From IMG/VR virus record IMGVR_UViG_3300032290_000340, positions 1 to 29,488 of that record: a stretch of DNA of 29,488 bases. The stretch is one strand, 5' to 3'. This DNA is from a virus (lineage: Duplodnaviria; Caudoviricetes). Both the position numbers and the translations under genes were made by a program. Below the pieces are notes generated by a model. That model made no database searches and was not told the origin of the DNA. It worked only from the letters and a program-made list of their open reading frames with translations. This document shows, in pieces, positions 1 through 8,291 of this stretch. Positions within the stretch are counted from its first letter, which is position 1, and every line of letters starts with the position of its first letter.

Positions 1-1
1 C

Positions 2-184
2 GAGGAAGCGCCAATTGTTGTCGCTCCCGGTGCTCCAGCCCAGAAGAAAGCACGTATCAAGGGTACGTGGCTTATGCACTGGGGTGGCGAGCACTTTAAC
101 TTTGAAGATGGCAAGACCTTCACTATTCCTGCTGACCTGTACACATACCTTCAGGCGCACGGAAACATCTACGACACTCTCTAA
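2..184 (+). CDS. 3' end of a small virion-associated protein (5'-truncated by the window edge)
   Basis: Frame 2 is open from base 2 to TAA at 182-184: EEAPIVVAPGAPAQKKARIKGTWLMHWGGEHFNFEDGKTFTIPADLYTYLQAHGNIYDTL. The stop runs into the AAGGAG RBS of the next gene. Not in the ORF track. Confidence 0.75.
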   Translation, partial: EEAPIVVAPGAPAQKKARIKGTWLMHWGGEHFNFEDGKTFTIPADLYTYLQAHGNIYDTL

Positions 185-193
185 GGAGAACCC

Positions 194-457
194 ATGGCAA
201 CTAAGAAAAAGAGTTCCGAAGACGTGGATAGTGTTTCCGCAGTTTCCTCTGAAGACCTCAGCATTGCATGGGAAGACGGCATCTACAACTTTACTGCTGG
301 TAATCCCTTAACAATCCCTAATGGATTAATGAGATACCTTGCTAACTCACCCAAGGTCCATGCTATCTACCCAGCCACCTCTGTTGAAGAGGTTGAGGTA
401 GTTGAGGAAACAGAAGTAATTGAAACCCCAGAGGAAATTACTGAAGAGGTCTTGTAA
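194..457 (+). CDS. Small acidic protein, paralog of the upstream ORF
   Basis: AAGGAG RBS before the ATG; shares the W-x4-[FY]NF-x2-G-x3-TIP-x2-L-x2-YL motif with ORF 2..184; Glu-rich tail; TAATG coupling to the next gene. Confidence 0.8.
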   Translation: MATKKKSSEDVDSVSAVSSEDLSIAWEDGIYNFTAGNPLTIPNGLMRYLANSPKVHAIYPATSVEEVEVVEETEVIETPEEITEEVL

Positions 458-1296
458 TGGCATTTAATATCCCTAACGCAATTGCGTACGGCGATACTAT
501 TGCCTCACTTGAACAAGCAGAGCCAGACTCTCTTGACTTCCAACTCTTAGGTGACCGACGTAACGTAGTTATCAGTGGTGGAGACGCAACAGTTGCTAGT
601 GCTTCTGGTTCATACATCTCTGTAGCCCTGACAGCCACAGAGGTGGTCATTGGTTCTAACTATGGAACAGTTGCTACTAATAGTGGCTCCCCATTGTTGG
701 TTGATTTGCCAACCTCTGGTCAGGCAAGATTTGACCTTGTTTGTGCAAAGTTTGACAGCGTTTTTTCCTTTGTGATTATCAAGGGAACAGACAGCGCTAC
801 TAACCCTGTTTATCCAGTAGTTCCTGCTAATCACCTTCCTTTACATGCCATCTTTGTAAAGTCTGGTTTAAACTCAGGTGTGTTAGCACGAGTCATTGTT
901 GACAAGCGCACCTTTGTTGGTCCTGCTGTGTACAAGACAGGCTCTGCTGACCCATCTGGTGGTCAATCTGGAGACCTGTACTTTAAGACTGGTACACCAG
1001 CCGCAGGACGTTCTTCACTATGGTTAAATAAGGCTGGTACATGGGAGAACCTCGCTGGGTTTACAGCACAAGCATCTGCATCTACCGCCAACGCTCTTGT
1101 ACTGCGTGATGGTAGTTCCAACTTTAGCGCTGGAACAATCACAGCAAACCTTACAGGTACTGCTACAAACGCAAGTGCCGTCCCATGGACAGGTGTAACT
1201 GGTAAACCAGAAGTTGGAAACGTTTTTATCCGCACAACAGACCCCACCTCTGGTGACGGAGCCAATGGAGACGTCTGGATTAAGGTCACTGCCTAA
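457..1296 (+). CDS. Fibre-like virion protein (probably trimeric)
   Basis: C-terminal motifs typical of phage fibres: ANALVLRDGSSNFSAGTITANLTG, VPWTGVTGKP, and terminal TTDPTSGDGANGDVWIK. Confidence 0.65.
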   Translation: MAFNIPNAIAYGDTIASLEQAEPDSLDFQLLGDRRNVVISGGDATVASASGSYISVALTATEVVIGSNYGTVATNSGSPLLVDLPTSGQARFDLVCAKFDSVFSFVIIKGTDSATNPVYPVVPANHLPLHAIFVKSGLNSGVLARVIVDKRTFVGPAVYKTGSADPSGGQSGDLYFKTGTPAAGRSSLWLNKAGTWENLAGFTAQASASTANALVLRDGSSNFSAGTITANLTGTATNASAVPWTGVTGKPEVGNVFIRTTDPTSGDGANGDVWIKVTA

Positions 1297-1308
1297 GGAG
1301 GTTGCGGT

Positions 1309-2778
1309 ATGCCCGCAGTAAATAACGCCTCTCTTTATGGCAAAAACTCCTCAGGTCAATGGAAGACTTGGGACACCGTTTGGGCTAAATACAATGGTGA
1401 GTGGAAATACGGCATGGTCGTATGGATTAAGAGGTCTGGTACATGGCAACAAGTATTTGTACGCCTAACCCCAGCCACTTCCCTCTCGGCTTCGTATGCT
1501 TCGGGTAGCAAGACCGTAACCCTTAACTGGACTGCTGGTCTTGGTGCTGACGGCTACAAAATCTATGCTGGCACTACGTTGCTTAAAACGGTTACAGGCG
1601 GTTCTACAGTCACAACAACGGTAACTCTGGACTATTACACGACCTACAGCGTCACAGTAGTAGCGTATGCAGGAACGCAAGATGCGGCTCCTAGCAACGC
1701 TGTAAGCGTGTACAACACCATTACAGCACCATCTGCCCTATCTATCACTGGTGGCTCAGGTACAAAGGCTGTGACCCTCTCGTGGACTGCTGGCGCTGGT
1801 CAAGAGACGTATTACATTTACCGTGGTGGTACTTACATAGCCCAAACAACTAGTACAACATACGACACTACTCTTGCTGATTACTACACAAATTATACAT
1901 TTGATGTACGTGGTTATTATGCTGGTAATACCTCTGGAGCCACGTCCGCAACAAAACAAGCGTCTATGGCAACCCCATCAATTACAAACCGTACTGTTGG
2001 TGTTTGGGGTTACGACAATTTTAACGAATACAATGCCGCTCCCAACATGGTTATTACTTGGGGAGCAATTGATGGTGCCTCATCGTATGACGTCTATGTG
2101 AGTGGTGGTGGTTATGTAACTAACGTAACTGCGCCAACAACAAGCGCAACTATTGGTGTGCAAAGTAGTATGTGGACAACCATTGATGGAGTACAGAACA
2201 ATATTTCGTACGTTGTAAGGGCACTGCATTCAACAGGTAACGCAACTTCTTTTTCAGGAAACGCAACTTTTGGTATTGGTCGACCACAACTTAGGGGTGA
2301 TGGAACAACAGTTAAACGCTCCACCCAAAGTAACCCTAGCAATGCTAATAAAGCGTATAACGGTAACCCCGTTACTATTGCCTTACCAGCAAACTGTAGG
2401 TATGTATCGTGCCGTGCTCAATTAACTGCTTCTTTTACTACATCTCAAATTGATAATGACGGTAGCCGAAACGTTGTCTTTGAGAGACCATCCGTATATG
2501 GCGGTGATGTTGCTTACACAGCCTCCCAAGGCAACCCCAATGACAGAACGTTTACCCTTGCCTCTGGAACCTCTTTTGATGCAAGTAACAACTATGGTTT
2601 TTCAGGTGGTTCTTTTGGAATAAGTACATCAGGAACAGGTTGGGCAAGCGTTGTTAGTGGTGCACCATCTGGTGAATTTTATATTGGTTGGTCATCTACA
2701 AACTCTAAAGGTTCTCTAGTCATTACCTTGACTTATCGACAAGTTACCCAAATACAGACAGTGAACACCACACCATGA
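1309..2778 (+). CDS. Fibronectin type III repeat virion protein / putative fibre-tip adhesin
   Basis: AAGGAGG RBS; Trp-rich N-terminus (WKTWDTVWAKYNGEWK...WIKRSGTWQQVF); three FN3-like units (VTLNWT..YKIY..YSVTVVA; VTLSWT..YYIY..YTFDVRG; VITWG..YDVY..YVVRA); Ser/Thr/Gly-rich. Confidence 0.7.
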   Translation: MPAVNNASLYGKNSSGQWKTWDTVWAKYNGEWKYGMVVWIKRSGTWQQVFVRLTPATSLSASYASGSKTVTLNWTAGLGADGYKIYAGTTLLKTVTGGSTVTTTVTLDYYTTYSVTVVAYAGTQDAAPSNAVSVYNTITAPSALSITGGSGTKAVTLSWTAGAGQETYYIYRGGTYIAQTTSTTYDTTLADYYTNYTFDVRGYYAGNTSGATSATKQASMATPSITNRTVGVWGYDNFNEYNAAPNMVITWGAIDGASSYDVYVSGGGYVTNVTAPTTSATIGVQSSMWTTIDGVQNNISYVVRALHSTGNATSFSGNATFGIGRPQLRGDGTTVKRSTQSNPSNANKAYNGNPVTIALPANCRYVSCRAQLTASFTTSQIDNDGSRNVVFERPSVYGGDVAYTASQGNPNDRTFTLASGTSFDASNNYGFSGGSFGISTSGTGWASVVSGAPSGEFYIGWSSTNSKGSLVITLTYRQVTQIQTVNTTP

Positions 2779-2924
2779 CCGACCAACTCCCTAAGCCCAC
2801 AGGCTCAGTAACCGACATCACACGTGTCCGTACTGTCATGGCATCACGACACCGTGAAGAACAGCCACAATTAAATCAACCCGAGCAAGACACGCTCCCC
2901 GGCGCAGGTTCTGGAGACCAGTAA
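2775..2924 (+). CDS. 49-aa hypothetical protein (below ORF-track cutoff)
   Basis: ATGA overlap with the upstream stop; MTDQLPKPTGSVTDITRVRTVMASRHREEQPQLNQPEQDTLPGAGSGDQ; fills the gap almost exactly up to the next start. Confidence 0.6.
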   Translation: MTDQLPKPTGSVTDITRVRTVMASRHREEQPQLNQPEQDTLPGAGSGDQ

Positions 2925-2927
2925 AAT
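2922..2927 (+). promoter_or_regulatory. Putative -10 box (TAAAAT) for a leaderless transcript
   Basis: TAAAAT lies 5 nt before ATG 2933, and there is no SD at normal spacing. Confidence 0.4.
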
Positions 2928-2932
2928 AGACT

Positions 2933-3736
2933 ATGGCTAAATTAACCCCTCTCGAACACGTAATGGACTTGGCTCGGAATTACCTCCGTGATTTCCCTAA
3001 GTTTTTCCAAGTCTCATTTGATGCACTTGGTCGTACCTATGAATTAGGTAACCCTAATGTGGATGCGTCCACTCTGTGGATTGCCTCGGTTGTCAACAAC
3101 GTGGTTACCCCATTGACCACATCTCAATATTCAATTGACGAACGTAATGGTATTCTTCGCCTTGCCACTACCCCAACTACGGGCGCAAAATTGATGATTG
3201 AGGGTTACTACTACGAGTGGCTCCTGCCCAAGGACCTCCAGTTCTACGCAGAGCGCTCAATTAACTTTCATGTCCCCACAATTGATGTACCTTTAGAGCA
3301 GGCTAATGCCGCTGTGTTGGACGTAGTGGGCATTGGGGCGCTCGTAGAGGCGCTTCAAGCGCTTATGACGGAGTTTGCCCGTGACATTGACGTAATGACG
3401 TCTGAGTCGGTACACCTCCCCGGCTCACAACGTTTTCGAATGCTCCAAAGCCTCATCCAGCAATGGGAAATGGAATACCGTAAACACGCCAATAACCTCA
3501 ACATTGGTCCTGAACGTATATCCCAATTCAGCCTGCGTCGTGTTTCTCGTACCACAAACAGGCTTGTTCCCTTGTTCAAGTCTAAAGAACTTGGAGACTA
3601 CGGTCCAATGGAGCGTATTTGGGCAGAGGATGCTGAGGGTCGTATCCTTGTCACAGAGAAAGATGAGCCATTGCGTACTGACGTATTCATTGAGGGTGAA
3701 CCACCTGCTGGCTACACATCGAATGCGTTTTTCTAA
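2933..3736 (+). CDS. Head-tail adaptor / neck protein
   Basis: Position before the tail genes; contains a YSIDERNGILRL beta insert and a helical C-terminal part typical of head-completion proteins. Function is inferred from synteny. Confidence 0.6.
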   Translation: MAKLTPLEHVMDLARNYLRDFPKFFQVSFDALGRTYELGNPNVDASTLWIASVVNNVVTPLTTSQYSIDERNGILRLATTPTTGAKLMIEGYYYEWLLPKDLQFYAERSINFHVPTIDVPLEQANAAVLDVVGIGALVEALQALMTEFARDIDVMTSESVHLPGSQRFRMLQSLIQQWEMEYRKHANNLNIGPERISQFSLRRVSRTTNRLVPLFKSKELGDYGPMERIWAEDAEGRILVTEKDEPLRTDVFIEGEPPAGYTSNAFF

Positions 3737-4272
3737 TGGATTACCGTCGAGAACTTGGTTTAATTAGAAAGCAGTACAGGCAGTACCAAAATGACCATGG
3801 AGAAACCGTGGTCTGGTATCAGTTTCAACCCTTAGGAACCTCAGGTACATCTTCTATTTATGACGACGTCTACGATGAAGGTATCGTTGGTTCTGGTGGT
3901 AAGAAATATAAAACAGGAGTTGTACTTCCTGTATTGATGGTTACTGAACAAGAGGACCAAAAGAGAGCCATTCCTGAAGGTCGCCAGCCCGTTCAGATTA
4001 CTAGCGCCATTATTTCAATTGAAGATATGCGTGCCGCTGGTATTGACCAGCCCTTTGAGTACAGGCACCACCTTAATGACATGTTCTTGTATGACGGGCG
4101 CTATTTCTCAGTTCAGTCGTACCGTGTTCGTGGTCGGTTAAAAGATGACCTTTTAGCAATGGTTGAAGGTATTGAAATATATATCAACCAAGAACTGCCT
4201 TTTGACCCCGGCCCATCTGGGTACTCAATCCAAAATTTGCCATGGCCGGGTACCCTCCCTGCTAGTTCTTAA
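3736..4272 (+). CDS. Head closure (stopper)-like neck protein
   Basis: TAATG coupling; beta-rich NDMFLYDGRYFSVQSYRVRG segment typical of head-closure folds; synteny. Confidence 0.6.
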   Translation: MDYRRELGLIRKQYRQYQNDHGETVVWYQFQPLGTSGTSSIYDDVYDEGIVGSGGKKYKTGVVLPVLMVTEQEDQKRAIPEGRQPVQITSAIISIEDMRAAGIDQPFEYRHHLNDMFLYDGRYFSVQSYRVRGRLKDDLLAMVEGIEIYINQELPFDPGPSGYSIQNLPWPGTLPASS

Positions 4273-4274
4273 AA

Positions 4275-4283
4275 TGGTAAAAT
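4275..4283 (+). promoter_or_regulatory. Putative extended -10 promoter (TGgTAAAAT) for the tail operon
   Basis: TGn-TAAAAT in the intergenic gap directly after stop 4272. Confidence 0.5.
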
Positions 4284-4287
4284 AGTA

Positions 4288-4311
4288 ATTGTCCGATGAG
4301 CGTCGGACAAT
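4288..4311 (+). promoter_or_regulatory. Perfect 9-bp hairpin at the predicted transcript 5' end
   Basis: ATTGTCCGA-TGAGCG-TCGGACAAT, with no U-tract after it. Confidence 0.6.
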
Positions 4312-4373
4312 ACAACGCCCAGACTTCAGGAGATGCCTAATGGCTCTACAAACCTACATTCAAGGTTGCACCT

Positions 4374-5024
4374 GTGCCTAAGTCTGGATTCCTTTTAGCC
4401 GAAGATGAGGCGCTTAAAACACGCTTTACTGGTCTTACTGTTTCTGACGACCGTGACGCTTCTCGTGATGTTCAGGTCTTCTTCCGTTACCCAGAGGGTG
4501 AAACAGAAAGACTATACCCATTTATTACAATTGAACTAATTGACGTGGTCCATGCCCGCAACCGTCAACAATCTGTAATTGACCAGTACGCCTATAAAGA
4601 AGGGGACTCTTGGGCTACTGATAACCCAGCCACTGTGTCCTACTACCCTTCTCAAGGTCTCATTACCGTTCCCACTGCTCTGAAATACCTTAAAACTACG
4701 GAGTATGTTCCAGTAGACATTATGTACCAAGTTTCTACATTTTGCCGTAGCGCCCTACATGACAGGCAATTAACAGCCAAGATGCTGTATGACATTGTCC
4801 CGTTCCGCTATAACTCTATTTATATCCCAGCGGATAACACTTCTCGACGTTTAGACCTTTTGGACTGGACTACGGCTGACCTTCTCGACCCTGAGGCTGG
4901 TTACCGTAAGCGTATTTTCCGTAAGGTATACACGTTGCAGATGACGGCGGAGATACCAACATCTGCCTTTACTGGAATCAAGCAGGTTACTAAAATTAAT
5001 ACTACACTTGTAGAACAATCGTGA
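4374..5024 (+). CDS. Tail terminator / tail completion protein
   Basis: Directly upstream of the sheath; YPFITIEL and PVDIMYQVSTF...RKVYTLQMTAEI pattern typical of tail-terminator folds; GTG start. Confidence 0.7.
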   Translation: MPKSGFLLAEDEALKTRFTGLTVSDDRDASRDVQVFFRYPEGETERLYPFITIELIDVVHARNRQQSVIDQYAYKEGDSWATDNPATVSYYPSQGLITVPTALKYLKTTEYVPVDIMYQVSTFCRSALHDRQLTAKMLYDIVPFRYNSIYIPADNTSRRLDLLDWTTADLLDPEAGYRKRIFRKVYTLQMTAEIPTSAFTGIKQVTKINTTLVEQS

Positions 5025-5066
5025 ACACTTTAATCACCCCCCTGTTAACACACTTAGGAGCACCCG

Positions 5067-6647
5067 ATGGCATTTGAACGCCCCGGAGTTTACGTCCGTG
5101 AAGTCCCTTCACAGCCGCAAATCACCCCCCAGAACACTGCTACAGCCGTTGCCTTTGTTGGCACGGCTTTACGTGGACCCACTTCCCCCATCCTTATCAA
5201 CACTTGGGCATCATATGTCAGCAACTTCGGTCCGCTGTCAAATGACTACGACTTAGGTTATGCCGTTTACAACTACTTTGCAAATGGTGGTCGTGACGCA
5301 TACGTAACACGTGTTGTTGGTAACTCTACTACAGCGGCTACCTTTTCCACAGCCGCACTTCCTACAAACACTTCAGCAACACCACCTGTGGCTGGAACGT
5401 TGTTCACCTTGACTGCTAAATCAGCAGGTGCGTGGGCATACAACACCACAGGTCAGACCGATGGTCTTCAGGCTGAAATTACTTTTGACCCCGCAACGTT
5501 GGTTGCAGGTGCGGCGACTGACACAATACGTATTAATACCAGCAGTGTGTTTAGCCTAAGCCTCAAGTACAAGGGAGCCGAAATTGAGCGTTGGCAGGAA
5601 CTGAGCCTTGACCCAACTTCTGGTCGTTACGTCAAAGATGTTTTGAACTTGTTCTCAACGTACGTTGATTGTTCAATCCCGACCACAATTGCAACTGGTA
5701 GTTACTTGATTGTCTCCACTGGTGCTGATACAGCATTGACAATTGACTTTACTACCGCCACCAATGGTGGTGCACCAGATGCGACATCCTACGATACTGC
5801 TATCAAGAAATATGACAGCATTAAAGTCCCTCTTCTCATCAACTTTGTTGGTCAGACAGACGCCACCACAGTTTCAAAGGCTGTTAATTACGCCTCTAAT
5901 CGTGGAGATTGTTTTGTAATTGTGGATTGTGCTTTGACCGCAGATGCTTCTGCTGTTACAACACAAGTATCAGCCCTACTTGCTACTGGTATCAGCCCTT
6001 CATATGCAGGTATTTATTTCCCAGCATTGAGGTTGGCAGACCCAGCACGTACTGGTCCTGCCTCTATCCGTACTTGCTTTGCAGGTGGAACAGTTGCTGG
6101 TGCGTTTATTCGTTCAGAAAATACCCGTGGTGTTGCTAAGGCTCCTGCTGGTTACTCTTTGGACCTTCGTAACGTCTTTGGTTTGGCTGTAACAACAACC
6201 ACTGAGGCGCAAGAAGCAACCTTGTACAACACAAAGAACGTTAACGTTATGCGTTCAATCCCCGGTGGTACTTTTGTTATCAACGGTGCACGCACATTGG
6301 CAAGTACCCGTCCAGAGAAATTTGTCCCTGTCCGACGTACCCTTAATTACCTCAAGTCTTCTCTTGAAAATCAAACTAGTTTTGCAGTTTTTGAACCAAA
6401 CGACAGCCGTTTGTGGGACAAAATCAAAAACCGTCTTGGTGCAAACTTGACCAATTTTTGGGCGGCTGGAAACCTTAAAGGTTCCTCTGCTACCGAAGCC
6501 TTCTACATCATCTGTGATGAGTCCAACAACACAACAGCAACAATCAATGACGGTTTTGTCAATATTGAAGTTGGCGTGTCATTGTTGAACCCAGCAGAAT
6601 TTGTAATTATTAACATCAGCCAATGGGCTGGCGAAAACTCCCTATAA
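5067..6647 (+). CDS. Contractile tail sheath protein
   Basis: N-terminal RPGVYVREV, AFVGTALRGP, YFANGG; C-terminal GVAKAPAG, GARTL, VRRTL, FAVFEPND, PAEFVII are hallmark sheath motifs; AGGAG RBS. Confidence 0.95.
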   Translation: MAFERPGVYVREVPSQPQITPQNTATAVAFVGTALRGPTSPILINTWASYVSNFGPLSNDYDLGYAVYNYFANGGRDAYVTRVVGNSTTAATFSTAALPTNTSATPPVAGTLFTLTAKSAGAWAYNTTGQTDGLQAEITFDPATLVAGAATDTIRINTSSVFSLSLKYKGAEIERWQELSLDPTSGRYVKDVLNLFSTYVDCSIPTTIATGSYLIVSTGADTALTIDFTTATNGGAPDATSYDTAIKKYDSIKVPLLINFVGQTDATTVSKAVNYASNRGDCFVIVDCALTADASAVTTQVSALLATGISPSYAGIYFPALRLADPARTGPASIRTCFAGGTVAGAFIRSENTRGVAKAPAGYSLDLRNVFGLAVTTTTEAQEATLYNTKNVNVMRSIPGGTFVINGARTLASTRPEKFVPVRRTLNYLKSSLENQTSFAVFEPNDSRLWDKIKNRLGANLTNFWAAGNLKGSSATEAFYIICDESNNTTATINDGFVNIEVGVSLLNPAEFVIINISQWAGENSL

Positions 6648-6665
6648 TTAAGGAAATATTTAAAA

Positions 6666-7340
6666 ATGCCTACACCTGCACCAGTAACAACGTTTACACA
6701 ACGAACAGACCCTCTGCGTAACTTTAAGTTTCGTGTACAGATTCTTCCTATTTCTTCAGACCTTGACTCAAAACTTGAGGGTATTGACGATATTGGTTTT
6801 GCCCAAGTATCGGGTCTTGCGGTTACAAACGAAGTAATCACATACCGTGAAGGTGGAATGAACACCCACCCACACAAGTTTGTAGGTCAATCAGACTTCA
6901 CCCCAGTTGCTTTCGCACGTGGTGCATTTGCTGGACAAGACCAACTTTGGAAGTGGCAGAAGTTCATGCATGCTTGGGTTGGTGGAGGTATCTCTGGAGA
7001 CGAGAGTGGTAACAAGGGTACTGACTATCGTTGTAACATCCTTGTAAAGGTCTATGACCACCCACACACAGGCGTCGGCGCTGTTGGTGGTACAGGTGTT
7101 GGTAGTAGCGACACCCTCCGTTACGCCTACGACGGTGGTGTACTTAACACACAAACCGCAAAGATTGTCCCCGGTCAAGTAAAATTGCAGTACAAATTGT
7201 ACAACTGCTGGCCGGGTTCATACTCGTTATCTGACCTTTCAGCAGGCGACACAACAGGTATCATGGTCCAAACGATGAACATCCACCACGAGGGATTTTA
7301 CATCGACTGGACTGGCGCAGAAGACCTTTCTAGCAAATAA
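6666..7340 (+). CDS. Tail tube protein (T4 gp19-like family)
   Basis: DPLRNFKFRV, GFAQVSGL, ITYREGG, YKLYNCWP, IHHEG motifs; follows the sheath gene. Confidence 0.9.
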   Translation: MPTPAPVTTFTQRTDPLRNFKFRVQILPISSDLDSKLEGIDDIGFAQVSGLAVTNEVITYREGGMNTHPHKFVGQSDFTPVAFARGAFAGQDQLWKWQKFMHAWVGGGISGDESGNKGTDYRCNILVKVYDHPHTGVGAVGGTGVGSSDTLRYAYDGGVLNTQTAKIVPGQVKLQYKLYNCWPGSYSLSDLSAGDTTGIMVQTMNIHHEGFYIDWTGAEDLSSK

Positions 7341-7367
7341 CAAACCTTTACAAATTAGGAGAACAAA

Positions 7368-8147
7368 ATGGATATCGCCTCACAGGCGAGTGCCCTTGAT
7401 AAGGCACTTGAAGAACCCGTACCACGTATAGGGGAACCACCAAATACGTTGGTTGACCTCTACATTGGGTTACCCGATGAAGAAGGTATTTGGCAAAAGA
7501 CGGCAATTGTTAGGGAACTAACAGGAGCCGATGAAGAGGCTCTTGCTTCTCTTGAAGCCAAAGAGGGTCTAAACTATTCGGAGTACATGGCGTTTCTTTT
7601 ACGCCGAGTCGTGGAGTCTATTGGCTCTATTAATATCGCACAAAACAAAAACCTTGTTGACAACCTAATCGTAGGTGACCGAGATAAATTGTTTATGACA
7701 ATTATCGAAGCCACTTATGGCAAGATGCGTGAGTACCAAGTTGCTTGTACGTCTTGTGGGGAATCTAATGACGTGTTTGTTGATATCACCACTTTCGCTG
7801 AGAAGCCCCTCAAGACCGATTCGGGCAACACCATCACGTATACCTTAAAAAACGGTTCAGAAGTTGTGTTACGTCTTCCTAATAGTGGAGACAGTCTTGT
7901 AGTCAATAAAGTGGCTAAGACAACCGCTGAACAAAATACCCTTATGTTGGCACGCTGTGTACAAAATGTTGACGGTAATCCAGTTGACTGGGCTAAAAGC
8001 CTAGGAATGGCAGACCGTGCAAATATGGTTAAACAATTATTAGACGCCCAGCCCGGCCCTGAAATTGGGGAGGTGAATGCCCTTTGTGCCCATTGCAATG
8101 AAAAGTTTGTAATGGTCCTCGATTGGGTCTCACTTTTACTCGGTTAA
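7368..8147 (+). CDS. Tail assembly chaperone (T4 gp26-like) with two CxxC pairs
   Basis: VRELTGADEE, GDRDKL, CTSC and CAHC motifs; lies between tube and tape measure; AGGAG RBS. Confidence 0.8.
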   Translation: MDIASQASALDKALEEPVPRIGEPPNTLVDLYIGLPDEEGIWQKTAIVRELTGADEEALASLEAKEGLNYSEYMAFLLRRVVESIGSINIAQNKNLVDNLIVGDRDKLFMTIIEATYGKMREYQVACTSCGESNDVFVDITTFAEKPLKTDSGNTITYTLKNGSEVVLRLPNSGDSLVVNKVAKTTAEQNTLMLARCVQNVDGNPVDWAKSLGMADRANMVKQLLDAQPGPEIGEVNALCAHCNEKFVMVLDWVSLLLG

Positions 8148-8280
8148 CGTAGTTAACTTATATTGGGAATACGACGTTATTGCCTCTACATACAACGGGT
8201 TTAGCCTAACGGATATTCAAAATATGACCAAACGTCAAAGAAAGTTTTGGTCAAGTATGGGAAAATGGCATAATGATTAA
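8134..8280 (+). CDS. Frameshift extension of the tail assembly chaperone (+1 frame)
   Basis: The +1 frame is open 8113-8280 with no early ATG/GTG/TTG: FYSVNVVNLYWEYDVIASTYNGFSLTDIQNMTKRQRKFWSSMGKWHND. The FS-x2-DI-x2-M-x3-R-x2-W pattern resembles chaperone extensions. Candidate slip site CTT TTA at 8133-8138. Confidence 0.7.
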   Translation, partial: FYSVNVVNLYWEYDVIASTYNGFSLTDIQNMTKRQRKFWSSMGKWHND

Positions 8281-8291
8281 ATTGAGGTTTT

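Noticed and set aside
15-311. ORF-track 98-aa ORF
   Set aside because: It overlaps two better-supported genes (frame 2 to base 184, and 194..457 with an RBS) and has no recognisable features.
4293-4320. CCGATGAG resembling the hammerhead core CUGAUGAG
   Set aside because: The core is mismatched, buried in a hairpin, and no GAAA element follows.
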